Assembly: GCA_038009385.1 (NCBI GenBank) | Contig: JBBPCA010000011.1 | Span: forward strand, 12,479 to 52,478 | Length of the DNA: 40,000 bases | Direction of reading: 5' to 3' | DNA from: Hydrogenobacter sp. RSW1 | GTDB lineage: Bacteria > Aquificota > Aquificia > Aquificales > Aquificaceae | Shown: positions 33,632 through 40,000 of the stretch, piece after piece | Layout: the number at the start of each line of letters is the position of its first letter | Numbering within the stretch: the first letter of the stretch is position 1 | The notes under the pieces: generated by a model | The model's database searches: none | The model's input: the letters and a program-made list of their open reading frames with translations, nothing else | Told to the model about the DNA's origin: nothing | Translations under genes and position numbers: made by a program

Positions 33632-35274
33632 GTATAGTCCTTGGAACCAAACCCATATCCCCCCTTGAGTTTTGGATAGGTGTAGGTGAGGGACACATCC
33701 TTGAGCTTGATCATGTGGTGTATGTGGAATCAAAAGCAGGAAACCAAAAGGTGATCTTCTACGGCATTGTTCAGGAAGTGCATAAGTTCCTTGAAGGTGC
33801 AGAATCTGTGTATGATGCTCGCCTTGCCACTGATGGCATTATACCTGTGGAAGTAGCTTATACCGCAAAGGTAAGCGTGACCAGAATAGAACCCGAGTTA
33901 TTTATGCCACCCGCACCAGGAGATAAGGTATACAGAGCGGTAGGAACTCATTTTGAGAAGGCACTTTACTACGATCAGATGAAGACAAAGATACCCGCAG
34001 GTCTTACTCGTAGCGGAGAACCCGTCTATATAAACTATCACTTCATCAACGGTAAAGAGGGAGCCCATGTTAGCATCTCTGGTATGTCAGGAATAGCCAC
34101 TAAAACTTCTTATGCCATGTTTTTACTTTATTCCATCCTTAATAAAGCGGATGATATGAGGGATATTCACGGTATGGTTTTTAATGTAAAAGGCAAAGAC
34201 CTTCTGTGGATAGACAAGAAGAATAAGCACCTTTCAAAAGAGGATAAAGAAGCTTGGCTAAAGCTGGGATTAAAACCAGAGCCTTTCAAAAATGTGATTT
34301 TCTATGTTCCACCAGAAGAAAAAAACGCTAGTGTGCCTGACTGTGAAAGGCTTGACGAAAAGGTAGTGCCTTTTTACTGGAGTATGAGGGAATTTGCAGA
34401 AGACGGACTTTTAAAATTTATGTTCGTTGAGGGCCAAGAGGGTATGTCCAACATAAACTACACCATAGACAAGGTCGCTAACAAGTTATACACACTTGCC
34501 AAAAATAGTCCAGTAGGCAGGTTAACAGACGATTACGGCAGAGATATAGAAGATTTAGACGCTCTTGAAAAGCTTCTTGAAGAAGCTATTCAGGATAAAG
34601 AGCAGAACAAAAACTCAGAGGTCTACAAAAGCTGGTTTGGAGATGCACAGCTTCAGACAACATACGCTTTTATGAGAAGGTTTCACAGGGCTAAGACCTA
34701 CATAAAGAGGTTTGTCAGAAGTCAAGAAGGTTCACCTATAAAGTGGCAGGATCATAAGCTGTCCGTCATAGATATAAGCGGACTCCACAGCATAGCCAAA
34801 ATGTTTGTGGTGGGTGCCATCCTTAGAAAAGTCTTTAGGGAGAAGGAGGAAACCTCAAGGTCCTATCCTAAAATCTTCGTAGTACTTGATGAGTTAAACA
34901 AATACGCACCCAAAGATGGCTGGAGTCCTATAAAGGACATTATCCTTGATATAGCTGAAAGAGGGAGAAGCTTGGGCGTTATTCTAATAGGTGCTCAGCA
35001 GACAGCAAGCGAGATAGAAAAGAGAGTAATAGCCAACTCTGCAGTAAAGGTAGTGGGTAGGCTGGACAGCAGCGAAGCGATGAGCAAAGAGTACGAGTTT
35101 CTTTTGGGTAATTTCAGACAAAGGGCTATAATGTTAAAAAAAGGTACCATGATCATGTACCAACCAGACATACCTACTCCCTTAGTGTTTAGATTTCCAA
35201 GACCTTCTTGGGCAACCAGAAAGGAAGAGGTAGAGGAGGAGGTACATGTACCAGAAGATTTTGGTAATTTTTAG
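33619..35274 (+). CDS. HerA-like (DUF87) ATPase with non-canonical P-loop
   Basis: 551 aa; [25 protein letters not shown]; [15 protein letters not shown] Walker B-like; [40 protein letters not shown]. Confidence 0.85.
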   Translation: MEHIGIVLGTKPISPLEFWIGVGEGHILELDHVVYVESKAGNQKVIFYGIVQEVHKFLEGAESVYDARLATDGIIPVEVAYTAKVSVTRIEPELFMPPAPGDKVYRAVGTHFEKALYYDQMKTKIPAGLTRSGEPVYINYHFINGKEGAHVSISGMSGIATKTSYAMFLLYSILNKADDMRDIHGMVFNVKGKDLLWIDKKNKHLSKEDKEAWLKLGLKPEPFKNVIFYVPPEEKNASVPDCERLDEKVVPFYWSMREFAEDGLLKFMFVEGQEGMSNINYTIDKVANKLYTLAKNSPVGRLTDDYGRDIEDLDALEKLLEEAIQDKEQNKNSEVYKSWFGDAQLQTTYAFMRRFHRAKTYIKRFVRSQEGSPIKWQDHKLSVIDISGLHSIAKMFVVGAILRKVFREKEETSRSYPKIFVVLDELNKYAPKDGWSPIKDIILDIAERGRSLGVILIGAQQTASEIEKRVIANSAVKVVGRLDSSEAMSKEYEFLLGNFRQRAIMLKKGTMIMYQPDIPTPLVFRFPRPSWATRKEEVEEEVHVPEDFGNF

Positions 35275-36430
35275 CCTGCTTTTCTGCATTTCCTTTGGGG
35301 AGGTGGTAAGTGTAAGATACGGAAATTATCCGGAAAAAGAAAGGATAGTCTTAGATTTTAACAGCAGAGTTGACTACAGAGTTGTGTTACTTGAGAACCC
35401 AAAGAGGATAGTTGTAGACATACTCTCTCAGGGAGACTTTACTTTAAGAGCACCCAAAGGTATAAACTACCGTCTGGGTAAACATCCGTGGGGCACAAGG
35501 ATAGTTTTTGAAAGGGATTTTTCAAGCGTAAAAGCCTTTTCAGTAGAAGGTCCTTTCAGAATAGTCATAGACTTGTTTAAAAAGACTGAAAAACAAGAAG
35601 AGGATAATGATGACGCTTTGTTAGCCATTCTTGATCCTACAGTACTTAAAGTTATACAGTACGACAGCAGAGCCAAAGAGCGAGTCATAAGCGAGCGTAA
35701 AAAGAACACGATAATAACCCAAAAGAGGATCATAGTGATAGATGCGGGGCACGGTGGACAAGACCCGGGAGCCATAGGATACATGGGCATAAAGGAAAAA
35801 GACATAAACTTGGCTATAGCTAAAAGGTTGTCAGAGTATCTCTCACAAGATGGAAGATTCAAGGTAATCATGACAAGAAAAGGTGATACCTTTTTACCCC
35901 TTCAGGAAAGAGCAAACACAGCTCTAAGAAACAGAGCAGACCTTTTTATAAGCATACACGCCAACGCATCTCCACAAGGTGTGTCTAATCATGCAAGAGG
36001 TACTTATGTTTTCGCTATATCTTCTGACGCAGCAAGAAGGAAAAAACACCAGATAATCAACAATGACAGCTATGCCAAGTTAGTGCTCGGTACTGCGGAT
36101 GTCCCCACCAGTGCCAAAAAGGTGCTTGCAGACCTTGCCATGGATGTGACATTATACGAGAGTGTATCCTTTGGTGAAAAAATAGCCAAGAGCATTGCAA
36201 AAGAGTTAGGAAGAGAGGTGCAGTTTAGAGGAATACAGAGGGCAGGCTTTGCTGTGCTTAAAACTCCGGGCATCCCTTCTGTACTTATAGAAACGGGTTT
36301 TATAACTAATCCTGATGAAGCAGTTCTTATGACTGATAAAGAATTTCAGGATAAGTTTGCTCATGCCATCTACAAGGCTATAGTAAACTACTTTTTCCCT
36401 ACAGAGGAAAAACTCACTTTAAGCCAATAA
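35246..36430 (+). CDS. N-acetylmuramoyl-L-alanine amidase with AMIN domain
   Basis: Signal peptide; AMIN-like N-terminus; VIDAGHGGQDPGAIG, ISIHANA, VETGFITNPDEA. Confidence 0.93.
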   Translation: MYQKILVIFSLLFCISFGEVVSVRYGNYPEKERIVLDFNSRVDYRVVLLENPKRIVVDILSQGDFTLRAPKGINYRLGKHPWGTRIVFERDFSSVKAFSVEGPFRIVIDLFKKTEKQEEDNDDALLAILDPTVLKVIQYDSRAKERVISERKKNTIITQKRIIVIDAGHGGQDPGAIGYMGIKEKDINLAIAKRLSEYLSQDGRFKVIMTRKGDTFLPLQERANTALRNRADLFISIHANASPQGVSNHARGTYVFAISSDAARRKKHQIINNDSYAKLVLGTADVPTSAKKVLADLAMDVTLYESVSFGEKIAKSIAKELGREVQFRGIQRAGFAVLKTPGIPSVLIETGFITNPDEAVLMTDKEFQDKFAHAIYKAIVNYFFPTEEKLTLSQ

Positions 36431-37070
36431 GTTTGTGAAGTTGGGGTATAACCCTGAGGGTGTATCCCTCTTTAAGTAAGTCTTTTTGGATTTTCAGGGC
36501 TTTTTGTAAAAATTTCTCTTTGTTGCCTTCTGGCTGTAGCACCACCAAACCCTTTTCAAGAAAAGGTAAGAACTCGCCTCTTTTCAGAATGTGAGAAGAG
36601 AAGTTATCATCAACGACAAATTTTAACTCTTTTGCGTTTTTGAGTACAAAAGGATGCACATACCAGTTTGCAGTCCATTTGGGAGAGCATGTTATGTGTA
36701 TGCGGTCTTCTACTACTTGTAGGTTTTCGTTCCACAGTGTGCCGTTTGTTTCTATCTGCACAAAATAACCCTCTTGAATGAGCTCACAAACTAAAAGGTG
36801 AAGGTTTGGTTGTGCAAGAGGTTCTCCGCCTGTAAGCACAAGGTGTTTGTAAGGATAGCTTCTTATCTCTTCTAAAATAGCGTAAATGTCTGTATTTGGT
36901 CTTTTAAATACTAAAGCGGAAGGCTGATCGCACCACGGACACCTTATGTTGCACCCTTGAAACCGCACCATAATACACGGACTTCCCACAAGCAACCCTT
37001 CTCCCTGAATGGTGGGATATATCTCGTTTATGCTTAGAGCTGTGCTTGTTCTAACTTTATCTCGTAGCAT
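36414..37070 (-). CDS. queE: 7-carboxy-7-deazaguanine synthase
   Basis: [36 protein letters not shown] (radical SAM variant), [20 protein letters not shown]. Confidence 0.92.
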   Translation of the reverse strand: MLRDKVRTSTALSINEIYPTIQGEGLLVGSPCIMVRFQGCNIRCPWCDQPSALVFKRPNTDIYAILEEIRSYPYKHLVLTGGEPLAQPNLHLLVCELIQEGYFVQIETNGTLWNENLQVVEDRIHITCSPKWTANWYVHPFVLKNAKELKFVVDDNFSSHILKRGEFLPFLEKGLVVLQPEGNKEKFLQKALKIQKDLLKEGYTLRVIPQLHKLIGLK

Positions 37071-39238
37071 TCTATCACATCACCTACCTTTACATCGTTG
37101 TAATCTTTTAGCTTTATACCACATTCATAGCCTTTTGCTACTTCTTGCACATCTTCTTTGAATCTTTTTAGCCCTTCTATCTTGCCGTCATATATGACTA
37201 CACCGCTCCTTATAAGCCTTGCTTTTGCGTTTCTGACCATTCTGCCTTCAAGCACATAACAACCCGCAACATTTCCCACTGACTTTATCTTGAAAACCGC
37301 TCTGACCTCTGCAGACCCTAGGACTACCTCTTTCTCTACTGGCTTTAGCATACCCTTGAGAGCCTTTTTAACATCGTCTATAAGCTCGTAAATGATGCTG
37401 TAAAGTCTCACATCAACCTTTTCCCTTTCTGCAGCCTCCTTGGCTTTTACATCGGGTCTGGTGTTAAAACCTATCACTATAGCGGAACTAGCTTTTGCAA
37501 GCATAATGTCATTTTCCGTTATACCTCCCACATCACCGTGTATGATCCTTATGGCTACCTCTTGACTGTGTATGTCTGAAAGGGATTTCTTTATGGCCTC
37601 TAAGGAACCAACAGTATCCGTCTTTACTATAAGCTTGAGTTCTTTTAGCTCTCCCTCCTGAATCTTTTTAAAGACCTCTTCAAGAGCCAAACCTCTTGAT
37701 ACTTTTTCCAACTGCTCTTTTTGCAATCTTCTTGCTTCGGCTATTTGCCTTGCAGTCCTTTCATCGGGTACTACCTTGAAGGTATCTCCTGCCATAGGCA
37801 GGTCCTCAAAACCTAAGACCTCTACAGGTGTAGATGGTCCTGCGGACTTGAGTCTTCTCCCTTTATCATCTGTCATGGCTCTGACCCTTCCGTAGGTAGT
37901 GCCTGCAACAAAGATGTCTCCCACATGAAGAGTGCCTTCTTGAACTAAAACTGTTGCGACTACTCCCTTCTGTTTGTCCAGTTTGGATTCTATGATGGTA
38001 CCTTTGGCTCTCTTGGTGGGATCAGCCTTGAGTTCAAGTAAGTCTGCTAACAGAAGTATGTATTCAAGAAGCTGGTCTATGTTCTGACCAGTTTTGGCAG
38101 ATACATCTACGAATACGGTATCTCCTCCCCACTCTTCGGGTATTAGCCCTAACTCTGAAAGTTCCCGCCTTACTCTCTGAGGATCTGCACCCTGTTTGTC
38201 TATTTTGTTAACCGCTACTATTATAGGCACATTAAAAGCTTTTGCATGATTTATGGCTTCTACCGTTTGTGGCATCACACCATCATCTGCTGCAACTACG
38301 AGCACAGCTATATCCGTGACCTGCGCGCCCCTTGCCCTCAGAGAAGTAAACGCTTCGTGCCCCGGTGTGTCCAGAAAAGTTATTTTCCTTCCGCCCGGAA
38401 GCTCCACAACAGACGCACCAATGTGTTGAGTTATCCCTCCTTTTTCTTTTTCCGCCACATTAGTTTTACGGACTGTATCAAGAAGCGTGGTTTTTCCATG
38501 ATCCACATGCCCCATCACCACCACCACAGGAGGTCTTGGTTGAAGGTTCTCCGATGACTCGATTTCTTCCTCTTGATCTATTTTTTCTTCAACGCTTTTT
38601 ATTTCTGCAAGAAATCCCATACCTTCTGCTATGGACACAGCTACCTCTGCAGGTATGGTCTGGTTTATGGTTGCAAGTATGCCCTTTTTGAGAAGCTCTG
38701 CCATGACTTGACTGGGTGGTACCTTCAGTATGTCCGCAAGCTCCCTTACAGTGATTATCTGAGGTATTTCAACTATCTTTATCTCCTCTTCCTTCTTTTC
38801 CTCTTTTTTCTTCTTCTCTATCTGTTGTTCAAGCTTTTTGAGAACTTGCTGCTCTTCCTTGCTTATCTTTTTTTCAACCACTACTTCCTTTTTTGGTTTC
38901 TCTTCGGTTTTTTGTTCCTTAACCTCCGGTGGTGGAGGGGGTGGTGCTTTCTTTTCACGGAAAACTCCTTTGGGCTTTTCCAATTTAGCTGGTTCTTTCT
39001 TAGGTTGTTTTTGCTCCCTCCTTTCCTGCTTTTTGTCTTCTTTTTTGGCTTCTTGCACTTTTTCCTGTTTTTCTTCCTCTTTTTCTGTGCCAAAGTTATC
39101 GTATATAATCTGTAGTTCCTCTTCCTCAAGATGAGAAAAGTTGGATTTTTCTATACCGTATGCTTTTAGAAGCTCCCTTACATCTTTTACGCTTTTGCCT
39201 AATTCTTTTGCTACATCTTGCAATCTTACTTTGCCCAT
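37034..39238 (-). CDS. infB: translation initiation factor IF-2
   Basis: Start [14 protein letters not shown] at 39238; [42 protein letters not shown]; Lys/Glu-rich linker. Confidence 0.97.
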   Translation of the reverse strand: MGKVRLQDVAKELGKSVKDVRELLKAYGIEKSNFSHLEEEELQIIYDNFGTEKEEEKQEKVQEAKKEDKKQERREQKQPKKEPAKLEKPKGVFREKKAPPPPPPEVKEQKTEEKPKKEVVVEKKISKEEQQVLKKLEQQIEKKKKEEKKEEEIKIVEIPQIITVRELADILKVPPSQVMAELLKKGILATINQTIPAEVAVSIAEGMGFLAEIKSVEEKIDQEEEIESSENLQPRPPVVVVMGHVDHGKTTLLDTVRKTNVAEKEKGGITQHIGASVVELPGGRKITFLDTPGHEAFTSLRARGAQVTDIAVLVVAADDGVMPQTVEAINHAKAFNVPIIVAVNKIDKQGADPQRVRRELSELGLIPEEWGGDTVFVDVSAKTGQNIDQLLEYILLLADLLELKADPTKRAKGTIIESKLDKQKGVVATVLVQEGTLHVGDIFVAGTTYGRVRAMTDDKGRRLKSAGPSTPVEVLGFEDLPMAGDTFKVVPDERTARQIAEARRLQKEQLEKVSRGLALEEVFKKIQEGELKELKLIVKTDTVGSLEAIKKSLSDIHSQEVAIRIIHGDVGGITENDIMLAKASSAIVIGFNTRPDVKAKEAAEREKVDVRLYSIIYELIDDVKKALKGMLKPVEKEVVLGSAEVRAVFKIKSVGNVAGCYVLEGRMVRNAKARLIRSGVVIYDGKIEGLKRFKEDVQEVAKGYECGIKLKDYNDVKVGDVIECYEIKLEQAQL

Positions 39239-39246
39239 AGGATTAA

Positions 39247-39855
39247 TTATAAGCCTTGACTGAGCACTTGTAAAACATCTACCTTTGAAAGACCTAAGTC
39301 TTGAGCGCACACAATGCGCCTTCTTATTTCATCTTCCGGCACGCTGGTTATCTTACTTGCTGTGGTGTAATCAAAGTCCAAGAATATGCTACCGTGTATA
39401 AGGAACGCCTTTTTAAGTGTCCTCATGGCACATGCGACGAACTTTCTTCCGTTTACTGTAAGCTCTCCAAAGCTGGGGAAGAAAAAGCAGTAATAACTAT
39501 CACCTTGTAAACTTTTATTTTCACACATCTCCAAAGATACACCAACAGAACGAAAGGCATCTGTTAGCTTTTGGCTAATTTTTCTGTATATTTGAGTAGG
39601 ACTTTCCCCCCAAGCCTTTTTGTAATCAACAAGAGAAAAAGATATGTCCCATCCGTGCAGTAATGCACCACCACCTGTAGGTCTTCTCACCACTGGGATG
39701 CTAAACTCTCTGGGTTTTTGTGAATAACCTATGCTTACTGTAAGTTGGCTCCACATGTATATCCTTCTGACAGGCTTGCCTATGCCTTCTTCAAGTGCCA
39801 AAAGATTATCTCTGTCTATGTTCATGTTTTCAAAGCCTGTTCTTACTTCTATCAT
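39247..39855 (-). CDS. lipoate-protein ligase A family protein
   Basis: [37 protein letters not shown] motif (biotin/lipoate ligase). Confidence 0.88.
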   Translation of the reverse strand: MIEVRTGFENMNIDRDNLLALEEGIGKPVRRIYMWSQLTVSIGYSQKPREFSIPVVRRPTGGGALLHGWDISFSLVDYKKAWGESPTQIYRKISQKLTDAFRSVGVSLEMCENKSLQGDSYYCFFFPSFGELTVNGRKFVACAMRTLKKAFLIHGSIFLDFDYTTASKITSVPEDEIRRRIVCAQDLGLSKVDVLQVLSQGL

Positions 39856-40000
39856 TCAAGGACTCTTTGAAGTCTTTCTGCTTTAAGGTCTTTAAGCAGT
39901 TGATAGTCTTTCTTTATGTCTCTTCCTGCGCGCGTTAGGTATCCACCCACCATCATGGCATTGGTCATAAGGACTGCCATCCCGTGAAAGTCTCTGAGAG
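39852..40000 (-). CDS. bioB: biotin synthase, C-terminal end (partial)
   Basis: Minus-strand translation [48 protein letters not shown], resembling the BioB C-terminus; runs off the window. Confidence 0.6.
   Translation of the reverse strand, partial: LRDFHGMAVLMTNAMMVGGYLTRAGRDIKKDYQLLKDLKAERLQRVLE

Noticed and set aside
33296-33733. 145-aa minus-strand ORF
   Set aside because: Antisense to hemC and the HerA-like gene, with low-complexity Cys/Tyr-rich translation typical of shadow ORFs.
38573-39134. Several long ORFs (38573-39115 +, 38838-39134 +, 38881-39129 -) with Phe/Leu-, Ser/Cys- or Lys/Arg-rich translations
   Set aside because: Shadow frames of the Lys/Glu-rich linker of infB, whose reading frame and IF-2 motifs are unambiguous.

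Overview
This window looks like a chromosomal segment of a thermophilic bacterium in the Aquificales (Hydrogenobacter/Thermocrinis/Aquifex-like gene style). That placement is an inference from protein character, not a search. Most of it is dense, ordinary core metabolism: waaA, kdsA, purF, purB, purL, lspA, thyX, thrC, tsaD, ctpA-like, cimA, gcvPA/gcvH, an ino1-like gene, recR, a fur-family regulator, hemC, an amidase, queE, infB, a lipoate ligase and bioB, plus one tRNA-Val(CAC). The clear accessory region is about 22.75-27.60 kb. It holds two back-to-back candidate restriction-modification systems. The first is a 344-aa candidate endonuclease overlapping a D12-class adenine methyltransferase. 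The second is an SPPY-motif DNA methyltransferase followed by a candidate nuclease split by a frameshift. Two transposase C-terminal remnants sharing a 56-bp near-identical direct repeat bracket the second system, and an IR-like motif occurs three times near the first. Other notable items: (1) a phenol-degradation/outer-membrane-like gene whose signal peptide sits in a different frame, consistent with a 1-nt indel in a C run; (2) an internally deleted, frameshifted IS with intact ~19-bp terminal inverted repeats; (3) a HerA-like ATPase lacking a canonical Walker A GK[ST]; (4) a KaiC-like ATPase/PP2C/M48 gene cluster; (5) a 21-aa ORF with a perfect Shine-Dalgarno upstream of thrC. I found no CRISPR array, prophage or clearly unprecedented system. 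The R-M island is the best candidate for follow-up.
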